Positions 24,125 to 35,179 of a stretch of 64,000 nt of DNA are shown in pieces; within the stretch, counting starts at the first letter, position 1, and each line of letters begins with the position of its first letter. The stretch comes from a virus (Duplodnaviria; Caudoviricetes). The notes beneath the pieces were generated by a model. It searched no databases and had not been told where the DNA came from. It was given only the letters and a program-made list of their open reading frames with translations. Made by a program: the position numbers and the translations under genes. Where the stretch lies: positions 32,001-96,000 of IMG/VR virus record IMGVR_UViG_3300029967_000162, one strand, 5' to 3'.

Positions 24125-24250
24125 TCTCCTCTAGATTAGAACACCTCCTTTTTTAGATATCATATTAGTTTGTTGAGTGATGCACGTCGTGAGATGAGCA
24201 TCACTCTTGTTTGTGCAGGTGGCATAAATAGAGGAAAGTAGAAGGCTAAC

Positions 24251-24928
24251 TTGTTCTTCGACTACTCTATAGACAACAAAGGCAAAGTCAGCGACCCATC
24301 TGGGAACCAGCTCGTCAACTTGGCATCTAGCATGTTCCAAGCTGGAGCTCTTGGCGTCTCTGGCTCTTATGTTAGGATAGGAGAAGCATTCCAGATGAGA
24401 CCAGACTTAGTCTCTATCATGGAGTATAGAGATGATGGCAAAGGCACAGAGATGATCCTCAAGTTCTCTGGCATCTCTAATCCATTCTCTCTTGCAAAGG
24501 ATGATGTCCTTCGAGTGCCAGACTATTCAGCAGCTGCTGCAAATGCAAAAGACAAGGCAGAGTCACTCTCATCTTCTGACACCTCGACTTCTTCCATGCA
24601 TGAGCAGCTCATCAAGAACTACTACAAGTTTGCTGTCACTGACTATGATGGATCTCCATCAAAGAGCTTGAAGGCTCTCATGGACACAAAGATTGCTTCA
24701 GGGAATGTCAACAAAGAAGCTGTGACATCAGGCTCTACACCTTACATCAACACAGCAGGCGGCACAGCAGTGACCATCAAGAATGGGAAGATCTACTTTG
24801 GTGATGGGCAGACTATAAGTGCTGAGACAATCGTCAATGCTGCTACAACGACAGAAGGGCTTGATGAGCAGATCTCAGCGATGGTCTCTGCTACAGCAAG
24901 CCTCTTCTCTAAGTCTTCTTCTGACTAA
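24251..24928 (+). CDS. Baseplate wedge protein (T4 gp53-like, LysM-like)
   Basis: MRPDLVS..EY...ILKFSGISNPFSL...LRVP motif. Confidence 0.75.
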   Translation: MFFDYSIDNKGKVSDPSGNQLVNLASSMFQAGALGVSGSYVRIGEAFQMRPDLVSIMEYRDDGKGTEMILKFSGISNPFSLAKDDVLRVPDYSAAAANAKDKAESLSSSDTSTSSMHEQLIKNYYKFAVTDYDGSPSKSLKALMDTKIASGNVNKEAVTSGSTPYINTAGGTAVTIKNGKIYFGDGQTISAETIVNAATTTEGLDEQISAMVSATASLFSKSSSD

Positions 24929-26883
24929 GTCCTGTCAGCTCTGTCATCCCTCTCTAGCTCTTCCTGCATTGCAATGACTTGCTCCTTGCTCACTAAGTTA
25001 GCAGGGTTGTAGTTCCAGTTCTGTGTGTCAACTCTGCCTTTCATCTGGTCATTCTTTGTTGCATTGAGCATGTAGATCTGTGTGTCTTCACTTGCAACTA
25101 TGTTCTTCCTGATCTGCTCGATGTCATCATCAGTGAACTGCATAGAGTCATAGATCTCTTGTATCCTCACCATCTTCCGGCACTCATTGTCACGATTCAG
25201 TGATATGATAGTGTAGCCAACCTCAACAGCATAAGTCTGCTCAAGCTTCTGCCCATCTGCATCATTGATGTTCTTTGTCGTGATGAAGAGCTTGTGCATG
25301 AGCTTGTCTCTCCAGTCTTGGTCTTCATCTACGATGTCTTTCTTCATCTCATAGTCAAGGCCAAGTGACTTGAAGTGCTCTGCATAGTCAACACCAATTG
25401 TGAGATACCTTGAGAAGATGCAAGAAGAGATAGCGACGTCATCGATGATTCCTTTCTCATTGATTCCTTTGGGCACCCACTTCTGGTCTACAGTCACAAG
25501 CACATCTTTCCAGTTGAGGAGCAGCGAGGTGCCAGAGAGGTAGAGCCGATGGAATGTCCACCAAGCAGAAAAGAGAGCTCCAGCATAGTTGACTCTCTCA
25601 TTGTCTAAGCAGCCAATGAACCTGTCAAGTGCCCTGAAGTTGCACCAAGTAGAAGAGTTCATCCTAAGCACATACTCATACTTCCTTCCTTGCTTCACAA
25701 TGAAGTTGATGACTTCTTGCCACTTGTTGAATGTGAGCTGGAGCTTATCCGAGCAAGTCGTCCAGATCATGTGATGCTCTTCATCTATCTCAGTCTCTGT
25801 GATGCCATCCTTGTGCTTGTAGAAGTAGAAGTCGACATTTGGATACTTCCCGTCTATGATGTCCTTTGCCCAAGTCTGCTTGATAGTCTCTTCATAGCTC
25901 TTGAATGGCTCGACATCACAAGAGAGGACAAGCACAAGAGTCTTCTTCGCTTGGTAGCACTCTCTGAGCCTTGTCTTTATGTCTACAGCAGGGTGTATGT
26001 ACTGCTTAGGGAACTTCTCAATCTCTACCTTGTGTCCTGGTGTGTTGAAGAGCAGCTCAGCTGGCTCTTGCATGTTCTCGTCAGAGAACCTGTCATATCG
26101 ATGCACCGACTTGTCTATGAGCTCCTCAAAGCCTTCAAAGCACTTCTTTGAGCTCCAGTCGTTGAGCTTCTTCCTGATGTTTGCACGGATCCAAGAGAGA
26201 TGATGCATCTTTATCTCATTCCATTGGAACACATGCGGCTGCAGGTCATAGACTGTCACTTTCTTCACAGATCCATCTGCCTGTGGCTGGTCAACTTCAT
26301 GCTTAGGCAAGACATAGCGCCTAGTCGGATCAGAAGGCAGCTTGAAGTCATGGCTCTCAAAAGAGAACCTGAACTCTGTGCGAGTGACTCATGGCACATA
26401 CATTCCTTCCTGGAATGGATACACCAAGTAGTGCTCATAGTCATGCCAATAGTTGATGTACTGGCAATATGTCACTGGCCAGTTGCTCTCGTCTATGCTG
26501 TACAAGCAGCGCTCAAATGCCTTGTGAGTGTAGTACTCATCAGAGTCGATGATGAGTGCATGTGAGCATCCATGGTCTTGGATGTGCTGGATGAGCATGT
26601 TGCGCTTGTCAGTCTCTTGCTCACGAGGTGCCTTTGCAGGATCGAGCTCAACTTCTACTATCTCATCAACCAGGTGGTCCTCATCTCTGAGCCTGATCAC
26701 TTCATTGTAGTCAACTTGTGAGATTGGGTCTCCATGGTATGAGACTTTCTGCAAGCCAACGACTACATATGGCACTAAGTCTCGAATCTCTGATATGGTG
26801 TTGTAGAGGAGCTCAGTGCCTTCAAATGCTACAATCCCAAGTCCAACTCCCTTGATGTTCTTGTAAAGATGCTGATCAGCCAT
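24925..26883 (-). CDS. Two-domain glycosyltransferase-like protein, 652 aa
   Basis: ORFs 26389..26883 and 24925..26310 are in frame via TGA26389; IIDSDEYY (DxD, GT-A) N-terminal domain; galactosyltransferase-like YLSG...DDVAI C-terminal domain. Confidence 0.65.
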
Positions 26884-26934
26884 CTAGAATGAAAAGTACT
26901 TTTGAAGTTTATAGCATGCTGGTGCTGTGTTTGT

Positions 26935-27881
26935 CTAGAGCCATTTCATTGGCAGTCTAGGTGAGCTGCAAAGCCCAACAAACCTTCTCTTTGCATCTTC
27001 ATGCATTGCTCTCAAGTGCCCAAGGTCAGTCTTGAGCATTGACTTCACATTTTTCTCATACTTTGCCAGCAGCTTCAATGTTGTCTTCACAAAATATCTC
27101 TTGAATGCTTCAGGGCTCTTCAACCACCACTTAGTCTGTCTTGCTTTCATAGTGAAGCAGGTTTCAATCACTTCACTAAGCTCTTCTAGTGATACATTAG
27201 AAAATTCATTGTTGATGAATCGCCTTGTTCCTTCAATTTTCTTTAAAGCCTCAGTGTCATAATATGTTGGATTGATTTCATCATCTAAGACTAGCTCTAT
27301 CTCTTCTGATGTGAATGCCTTTATCTCAGACCAATCTCACAAAGTGTAGAGAATTGCACATTTTTCTGCACATAGTAGTCTCTTGTGTTAGACTCAAGTT
27401 CTAGAGTAGCACCAGTGTCAAGCACATCTCTCATCTTGTTGCACCCTTCTATATAGCCACCAATGCTGTAGTCTCTAGAGTTGCAAACTAAGTTGTACTT
27501 CTCTATGAGGTAGTTCATCTCATGTATGATAGTTTTCTTCACTTCATAAGGATTTGGTATCATGCATGGAATCTTCAGCTCTATCATTGCTCCATATATT
27601 CTTACTAATGGTGTGGATGCTTCAACTTCATATGAATCATAGAATCCAGATCTCCCATCACAATGCCTAGCAGTTGCATCCACAACCAACTCTATTGATA
27701 TGTCTGGAAAGATTCTCTTTATCTTGAATGGGAAGTCTAAAGACATCATTTGTCTAGCTCCATCAATGCCATTTCTCCAGACTCGTTCAATTCACCATGA
27801 AATTTCTTTCACATCACTCCAATACTCATATGCTGCAGCATGAGCTTTCTCTAATATTGGGTGTTGCTTTTGACAGATCAT
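26935..27881 (-). pseudogene. Degenerate HExxH-family paralog
   Basis: IIHEMNY (second His lost); frameshift in an A-run near 27362; after the shift ILYTL*DWSEIKAFTSE aligns with LVYRLWNPEERHAFTAE. Confidence 0.65.
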
Positions 27882-27930
27882 CTTAAGATTTGTACTTTTT
27901 ATTTTTATCAAAATGGTTTGTTTCTTCTTA

Positions 27931-28400
27931 AATTTATGCCAGGGGGCGGCAAATCTTCAAAATCCAACTTTTGATTAGTTAATCATCTTTGAACTTCTCC
28001 GCCCACTAGGGTAAACCTACACAATCCTAGGGCATTTCATGAAAGAACTTGAAGATTTAAGTTGAATTAGAAAAGCTAAGGACCTTTGAAATAGTTTTGT
28101 AACAAAATTGAAATATCTTTGAAACAAAACTTTAACAAAAATTTAACAAAATTTTGTAGACATTCCGCCCTGAAGTCGATACAATTCTTGTCTGGGACAA
28201 GGTCGGTGAAGGATCTAGTTAAAGTCTTAACTAGACTAGATCTAGTTAAGACTTTAACTTTAGTTAAAGAACTTTAACTAAAGTTAAAGACTTTAACTAA
28301 ACTAGACAGATCTAGTAGGCTTAGCAGAGAGAGTATGAGAGAGACTTCTTTCTGATGCTGAATCTCTACAGGAGACTGACAGGCCCTCCCGAAAAAATTC
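27931..28400 (-). repeat. Dispersed palindromic/iteron-like intergenic element, copy A
   Basis: Reverse complement of 59930-60400; ~120-bp core identical; four AGTTAA-n4-6-TTAACT palindromes with CTAGATCTAG spacers; TTTAACAAAA repeats. Confidence 0.92.
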
Positions 28401-28410
28401 CTTGGATTCT

Positions 28411-30333
28411 CTAAGTCAGTGCGACTGCATTCTCGACACTCAGCTTGCTGCTTGAGCTATAGCCAGTCACCTTGAGGTTGAACCCGCTCAAGTTGTCCAT
28501 CTGCTGGTCATCGACATAATTCACTCCATTCACAGAAGTGAAGTCTCCACGGAACATTGGGTAGATGTCTCTCACAGTATATGAAGCGCCAGTCGTGTCA
28601 TTCAATGTCCTAGTGAGCATGACATCCCCATACTCATCTAGCCCATAGTAGTTGTCAATCCCATAGATTGCACTATTCTCCTTGTCTGGGTCAAACGAGA
28701 CTTTCACAGAGTCAATCCCATCTACAGCCTCAAAGAGTGCGACGATGTCAGACACCGGCACGATGTCTCTCCTATTCAGTGAGATCAAGTAGTCAGAGAG
28801 TGCATCTACACAGCTGTTGTAGACATCTTCCTTGTTGTAGTTCTCCCAGAGCTTGACTTGGGCATTGATCGCAAACCGAGGGGTCTTTGGGTTGATGATC
28901 TTGTTCTCTATGGTGATCACGCGCTGGCCAGAAGACTCAATCAAGTCGATGATTCCTTGCTGCTCGTCTGTAGAGAGCAAGAACAAGTCTTCATCACATG
29001 TGAAGTAGTTAGAGCCAGAAGATGTCCTCTTCTTCAAGTCGGGCACAAGCATCAAGTACACTGTGTTGTCATCAAGCTCGCTGTCAGCAATCCGAGACTC
29101 GGCTTCTCTCACAGCATCAAGCTTCTCTTGGAGCGCCTCATAGAGCTCTGTAGCTTGTGAAGATGACTCACCATACAAGCTCACCGCATTGAGGTAGTCT
29201 TTAGATGCAAGCTCGTATGCATTGTAAGCTGTTGTCCAGCTTGCTTGTGCTTGTATGTCAGAGAATGTGTTGTAGCCAGAGATGACTTCTATCACAGAGA
29301 ACATGTTCATCCTCTTGAAGAAGTACTTGTAGTTGGTCTCATTTGCAAGGACCATTGACCGTGAGGCATGTGGAGCGATCTCTTGGGTGAGAGTGATGTT
29401 CTCTGCATCTGTGCCGAAGATGATGTCAGACGTGGAGCGGATCTTGAAGTATGAGTTGAGGTCAAGCGTAGTCCCATCTACAAGGTACCCATCTGAAGTG
29501 AACTCCCAGTACTCATCAGAGTTCATTGTCTCCATTGGGATGTTGCCGGCGAAGCCATCAGACACGATGTACTCTACCATGATCGTAGAGCCTTTTGCCG
29601 GCATTGCTCCCATGTTGCCATTGCCAAAGAAGACATCGACACCACCAGTCATGCCAGTCTTGACTACAGCAGCATGTTGATCATATCCTAAGTCTAGCAA
29701 TGAAGAGACAATCTCCCATCGCTCATTGTTGACATAGAGGTTGATGAACAGCTCATCTACTTCCCCATAGTTGCGCTCTGTGAAAGAGAATGACTGGAGT
29801 GGGGTCCCAAGGCCTGTGGCAGTCTGGTATGCAAGACGGCCTTGCACAACACCTGCTTCTACAAAGTTAGAGCCTGTCATGGTTATTCTAGCGCGATCAG
29901 CAGAAAATAAAACAATATAACTGAAACCATTAATTTTATTATTGATTGAAATTTTATTTGGAATATAGCAAACCTGCCCATCATATTCTTGGTTCCCAGT
30001 GTTGTAGTATGAAATCTTGACAGATCCTCGTGAAGATATGCATCGAGAAGGTACATGCCCCGTCAAAGTTGCAAGGCCGCGAATCTGCTCCGGCCGATAA
30101 CTGCTTTTTATGTTCGTGGATCCTATCGCATCCTCGATGTAATAAAAGATCATTCTTCCAAGATGGAGCAACACTGTCATGAGCTGCGCAAATGGCGAAG
30201 AAGAGTTGAAGTATTGCTTTGCTTCTCTATAAGACTGCTTGATGTAGTCCATGGCATCAGCATAGAGCTCTTCGAACTTTATGCGATTCAGCTTGAAAAT
30301 CTTTATGTTGTAGAATGAGTTGTCTGTTGCCAT
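28411..30333 (-). CDS. Baseplate wedge subunit (T4 gp6-like)
   Basis: FEEL...F..SSPF.QL, LA..GHVPSR, FGNGNMGAMP..G..I.VEY..SDG, R.V....Y motifs. Confidence 0.88.
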   Translation of the reverse strand: MATDNSFYNIKIFKLNRIKFEELYADAMDYIKQSYREAKQYFNSSSPFAQLMTVLLHLGRMIFYYIEDAIGSTNIKSSYRPEQIRGLATLTGHVPSRCISSRGSVKISYYNTGNQEYDGQVCYIPNKISINNKINGFSYIVLFSADRARITMTGSNFVEAGVVQGRLAYQTATGLGTPLQSFSFTERNYGEVDELFINLYVNNERWEIVSSLLDLGYDQHAAVVKTGMTGGVDVFFGNGNMGAMPAKGSTIMVEYIVSDGFAGNIPMETMNSDEYWEFTSDGYLVDGTTLDLNSYFKIRSTSDIIFGTDAENITLTQEIAPHASRSMVLANETNYKYFFKRMNMFSVIEVISGYNTFSDIQAQASWTTAYNAYELASKDYLNAVSLYGESSSQATELYEALQEKLDAVREAESRIADSELDDNTVYLMLVPDLKKRTSSGSNYFTCDEDLFLLSTDEQQGIIDLIESSGQRVITIENKIINPKTPRFAINAQVKLWENYNKEDVYNSCVDALSDYLISLNRRDIVPVSDIVALFEAVDGIDSVKVSFDPDKENSAIYGIDNYYGLDEYGDVMLTRTLNDTTGASYTVRDIYPMFRGDFTSVNGVNYVDDQQMDNLSGFNLKVTGYSSSSKLSVENAVALT

Positions 30334-30481
30334 GCTATATTTCTAGAATATAAATTTGCCAAAATTCGCCTTTAAATATTATATTGCTTCTATATAAACC
30401 AATATAATATTATTCTTAAAATTACTTATTTTTTAATACTTTCAATTTCAAAATAAATAATTTAAAGAACATTATATTTAT

Positions 30482-31102
30482 ATGAAAGCTAAGGAGGTGA
30501 TGAAAGTCTTAGGCATTTCAAGACAAACTCTTTTCAACTATCTCAAGCAAGGCAAGATTACACTCAATGCAAAGTTGAACAAGAACTTCTATGACTATAA
30601 TGAAGACTCAGTTTATGCATTGATTTGCAACAAGAAGAACAAGCATAATAGACAGGTTGTATCATATGCAAGAGTTTCTTCTCAAAACCAAAAAGAACAG
30701 CTCAAGACACAAAACCAAAGAATTTATGAGTCATGCATATCTAGAGGACTTAATCTTGACTTGCAACTAGATGACATCAAGTCAGGCATGTCTGCTGATC
30801 GCAAAGGATTTCAAAAGCTTCTTAATATGGTACTACAAAATGAAGTAGAGGTAGTTGTCATTGAAAATAAAGATCGGCTCATCAGATTTGGATATGAAAT
30901 CATTGAATATGTCTTTAAATGTTTTGGAACTAAAATCTTAGTACTCAATGATGTACTAGAGAATAAGTCTTATGAGCAAGAATTGACTGAAGACTTGATA
31001 AGTATAATTCACTACTTCACTATGAAAAACTACTCACATAGAAGAAAGTTGAATAGATTGAGGAAAGAGCTTGAAGAAAGTGAAAAGTATCAAGATAAAT
31101 AA
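30482..31102 (+). CDS. tnpA: IS607 serine transposase
   Basis: N-terminal MerR-type HTH, YARVSS, DIKSG, ENKDRLIRFG, ELTEDLISII..F..K.YS.R. Confidence 0.93.
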   Translation: MKAKEVMKVLGISRQTLFNYLKQGKITLNAKLNKNFYDYNEDSVYALICNKKNKHNRQVVSYARVSSQNQKEQLKTQNQRIYESCISRGLNLDLQLDDIKSGMSADRKGFQKLLNMVLQNEVEVVVIENKDRLIRFGYEIIEYVFKCFGTKILVLNDVLENKSYEQELTEDLISIIHYFTMKNYSHRRKLNRLRKELEESEKYQDK

Positions 31103-31126
31103 ACTGTAACAAATCTATATTGCTTG

Positions 31127-32410
31127 ATGAAGACAATTAAGCTTGACATAAAGAAGTCTTGTACTTTAGACATCCAAGACTTGACAAGTACCTACAACTC
31201 AATTGTCAGGTTCAGCTTCAATCGTTTTCAAGAAGGATATAGATTTCCAGAAGTTAGGAACTTAGCCAACCAAACTTTTAAAGAGAAGAATGACTTGAAC
31301 TGTTGGATCATTCAGTGTGCGATCAAAGAAGGGTTCGAGCTAGTCAAGAAGGTTGGCAATAAGCACATCTTGTTTGGCGGAAAAGCTTTGTGAAAGAAGT
31401 ACTTAAAGAAGGAGATCACAAAGAAAGAGTTCAAATATGCTAGGATGAGGCCGGTCTGTATTGTTGGTGAAGCTCAATATCACGGCAACAGATTGATAGA
31501 CTTTGACTTAGTGAATGACAAGCTGACTTTGAAGCTTTCAAGGAAAGATCATCAGCTGATTGAGCTTGAGCAGCCACACAAAAAAGTCCAAGCAGAGCTC
31601 AACAGAGTCCAAGAGCTTGCAGAGAACAAGCTCATGCCAGTCACAGTCATGCTCACAAGCGAGTATGTCTGGTTGACTTATGATGAAAGTCTTCTCAAGA
31701 TCCACCAGCTCTGCAACTTGAAGGCTAACAGAGTACTAGGCATTGACTTGAATCCAAATGCACTAGGCATCTCTATTCTTGAGTTTGAGGAGCAAGACAA
31801 CTTCAAAGTCTTGCACAAAGAAGTAATAGACACATTCAAGCTCAACCAAGACAAAGTCTCAACAAACAAGAGGAAGTTTGAGTTGATCCAAATCTGCTAT
31901 CATGTCAAGAACCTAGTTGACTGTTGGAAGTGCGGCAAAGTTGCCATAGAAGAGCTCAATATCAAGCCAGGTGACAAAGGCAAAGGTCGGTGGTTCAACA
32001 AGATGTGCAACAACAGGTGGGACAGAAGCTTAGTAGCCAACAAGTTGAAGATGCTAGGCAATGAGTGAGGATTTGAAGTCATAGAAGTCAATCCTGCCTA
32101 TTCAAGCTTTGTTGGCAACATCCTCTATGGTGATGGAAACACACCAGACATGGTTGCTAGTTCGATTGAAATAGGCAGAAGGTCATACAAGAAATATTCT
32201 AAAGACTGGTTCTGACCTGCTTACAACATAGAAGGCATAGATGAGCAATGGAAGCAAACAGCTGCTGGAGTTGGAAGTTGGAAAGAGTTCTACAGTCAAG
32301 TGAAAGAACTTAAACTGAAATATAGGTTCCTGCTAGCTGACTTAGTCGGCAATGCAGTCTTCAGCAAATTCTATAGAAGAAGCAAGACAAGTTTATATAG
32401 TTTTGCTTAA
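31127..32410 (+). CDS. tnpB: TnpB-related RuvC nuclease, 427 aa
   Basis: Fragments joined by three TGAs (31391, 32066, ~32213); GIDLNP, AIEEL, VNPAYSSFVG, PDMVASSIEIGRR. Confidence 0.85.
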
Positions 32411-32430
32411 AATATTATAGATTTTGTATT

Positions 32431-33779
32431 TTTTGTTCTGATTGCTGTAGATGTTCTGATGAAGGAAAAAGATATACAAGAAAAAAGACAAAGCAGACAT
32501 GCCTTGAAAGATATGGTGTAGAAAGCCAAACACAACTGAAAGAAACACAAGAAAAAATCAAACAGACCTGCTTAGAAAAATACGGGGTCACTAATGCATT
32601 GAGATCTAAAGGCTCACAAGAGAAATCAAAGCGAACTTGCTTAGAGCGGTATGGCTCAGAGGTCCCAATGAAATCAAATGTGATTAAAGAAAAATCAAAG
32701 CGAACTTGCTTAGAGAAGTATGGTGTTGAATATTCATTAAAAGCTGAAAAAGTGAAGAAAAAATAAAGCAGACTTGCCTAAAAAAATATGGAACAGACAA
32801 TCCAGCCAAAGCTGAAGAAGTCAAAGAAAAATCAAAGCGAACTTGCTTAGAGAAGTATGGTGTTGGCAATACAAGAAAAGCAAAACAAGTTAAAGAAAAA
32901 ATCAAGCAGACTTGCTTAGAGCGATATGGAGCTGATGCCCCACTTAAGTCAAAAGAGGTACAAGAAAAAATCAAGCAGACTTGACTTGACAAATATGGTG
33001 TTGACAATCCAGCTAAAGCTGAAGAAGTCAAAGAAAAAGAAAGACAGACCTGCTTAGAGCGATATGGTGTTGACAATGCTTTGAAGTCTGAAGCAATCCA
33101 AGAAAAAAGAAAGGAAACACTTCTAAATAACTATGGTGTAGATGTTCCATTCAAGTCAGAAGAAATTAAAGAAAAGAAAAGACAGGTTTTCTTGAAGAAA
33201 TATGGTTCAACAAGTCCATTTGGTTCAAAAGAAATCCAAGAGAAAATAAAGCAAACACTCATAAAAAGATATGGAGTTCCTGCTGCAATGCAGTCTGAAG
33301 AAATCAAGATGAAGATAGATTACACTGAAATTTCAAAGAAAGGATTTGAAACCCGTCGTGAACATGGAACTCTCAGTACCTCTAAGATTGAAGATGAAGC
33401 ATTTGCTTGGCTTTTTGACAATTTCACTGATGTGAAAAGAAACTGAAACAATGATCCAAGGTATCCTTGGCATGCTGACTTCTATGTCCCATCACTTGAC
33501 TTGTTCATAGAGATACAAGGCAGCTGGACTCATGGCAAGCACCCATATGATATGACTTCACAAGATGACCTCACAAAGAAAGCTTTATGAGAGAGCAAAG
33601 CTGCTACTTCAGGGTACTATGCAAATGCTCTTGAAGTCTGGACTATCAGAGATGTTGAGAAACGCAAAGCTGCAGCTGCCAACAACCTCAGGTTCTTTGA
33701 GTACTTTGGCAACTCCTTAGAAGACTTCAAGGCTCAGCTCTCAGCTTTCATAGAACAAAAGTGCCAAGACAAAGCATAG
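32431..33779 (+). pseudogene. 5'-truncated repeat-array endonuclease with 12 repeats of 23 aa
   Basis: Begins mid Zn-ribbon (FCSDCCRCSDEG); frameshift in an A-run near 32760; C-terminal YPWHADFYVPSLDLFIEIQGSWTHGKHP intact when TGA = Trp. Confidence 0.82.
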
Positions 33780-33813
33780 CTTCATCTTGGCATCTCCGTC
33801 TTCTTCCTTTCTC

Positions 33814-34578
33814 TTACACGCTTGCAAGGGCCTTCCTGTCCATGAGCTGAGGCATCACCTCTGACATTATCTCTCGCTTAGGCACACCAATGCTCTGCAG
33901 AGTCTTGACTAAGATGTCAAAGTCATCTTTATCTATGCATATGACATAGTAGCCTTGCTTCCTGTCTTTGCCATAGAGAAGCCCAGACTCCTTGAAGAGC
34001 CTGTTGAAAGCTGCCATGTTGTTCACGACTTCTGAGTAAGGCCCATCTTTATACAAGATGTTCTTGAGGAATATCTTGTTATTGTTCAATGTTGACTCAG
34101 ATATGTTGTGCATCTTCTCAGGCAACACAGCCTTTGCCTCAGTCACAGCTGCAAGAGTTTTCTTCCTTGCAAGGAGTTGCTGGTTTAGAGAGAACAGCTG
34201 GTCTTGGTAAGTCTTCTCAGAAGTGAGCTTCTGGCTCTCTATAGAGAGTACATTCTGGTCAACTTCAGCCGGGTCGTATGCTGAAGTGTACTGGCTAGCT
34301 TCATTCCCATCAAGAGCAGTCTGCACTGCTTGCTTGGCAGCATTGAGCTGCTGGTCTAGTGAAGCCACTTCACGTGAGTGCCTTGCATTGAGGTCTGTGA
34401 TCTTGGCTTTCAAGCTAGAGACTGCGTCATCTTGGTCTATGCCTCTGAATGTCTTTGCCTCTGCTGTAGAAGAGTCAGTCGATGCATCAGTTGTTGCACC
34501 AGTCGTGGCACCTGTAGAAGAGTCATCTTCATTCAGCTTGATGTAGTGGCCTATGTTCAAGTCAAACTTGTATCTCAT
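33814..34578 (-). CDS. Hypothetical coiled-coil protein (candidate internal head protein)
   Basis: IKLNEDD motif near the N-terminus; downstream of the prohead protease. Confidence 0.6.
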   Translation of the reverse strand: MRYKFDLNIGHYIKLNEDDSSTGATTGATTDASTDSSTAEAKTFRGIDQDDAVSSLKAKITDLNARHSREVASLDQQLNAAKQAVQTALDGNEASQYTSAYDPAEVDQNVLSIESQKLTSEKTYQDQLFSLNQQLLARKKTLAAVTEAKAVLPEKMHNISESTLNNNKIFLKNILYKDGPYSEVVNNMAAFNRLFKESGLLYGKDRKQGYYVICIDKDDFDILVKTLQSIGVPKREIMSEVMPQLMDRKALASV

Positions 34579-34582
34579 CTCT

Positions 34583-35074
34583 CTAGATCCAGTTGTCTTT
34601 GATTGTCTGGGTGACAGCATGCTCAAAGAGCTTGTTGTTGAGAATTCTCTTGAAGTCTACAGACTCAGACTGTGCTTGTTGCTGAGTAGGTTGTTGAGTA
34701 GCCTGAGCTTGAGCTTGTTGTTGAGCATTTGCACTAGTATCTTGTGCAGTGCTTGCATCTTTTGCTTGGCCAATACTTGCATCATAAGCTGCAGCAAACT
34801 CTCCAACTGCCTTGTATACATTGCCAAGAGCGACATTCATTGTGGAAGCATCTTTAGCTTGCTTGAGCGTCTCCCATGCAGCATTGATTCCTTTCTTCTG
34901 CTCATCAGTTGCGCTCTTGAACTCTGGCATGTTCTTCTCTATGTTGGCTTTCAAGAACTCTAAGTATCCATCCTTGATTGCTTTCTGCGCTGCATCCCAA
35001 TGCTGTGCTGCTTGTCCTAGCTGCTGCCCAGCACTTGCATCTTCATTGAGCTTCTTGTGTATGTAGAACTTCAT
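34583..35074 (-). CDS. Hypothetical Ala/Gln-rich protein (candidate internal head protein)
   Basis: KKLNEDA motif; ATAAATA upstream at 35101-35107. Confidence 0.6.
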   Translation of the reverse strand: MKFYIHKKLNEDASAGQQLGQAAQHWDAAQKAIKDGYLEFLKANIEKNMPEFKSATDEQKKGINAAWETLKQAKDASTMNVALGNVYKAVGEFAAAYDASIGQAKDASTAQDTSANAQQQAQAQATQQPTQQQAQSESVDFKRILNNKLFEHAVTQTIKDNWI

Positions 35075-35179
35075 TGTGGTCCCTCTCCAACAATTTTGAA
35101 TATTTATCAACTTGTCTCTAGAGCCCACAAAGGAGAGCACTCAGCTCTCCTTCATGTCATTCATGTGTACAGCAGCAGT

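Larger units (their letters stand above)
30350..32430 (+). mobile_element. IS607-family element (tnpA + tnpB); ends approximate
   Basis: Serine transposase followed by tnpB; AT-rich flanks; right end abuts a 5'-truncated endonuclease gene. Confidence 0.85.

Noticed and set aside
28200-28320. CRISPR array in the palindromic repeats (also 60010-60220)
   Set aside because: Repeats are ~16 bp, nearly abutting, without unique 30-40-nt spacers; no cas genes in the window.
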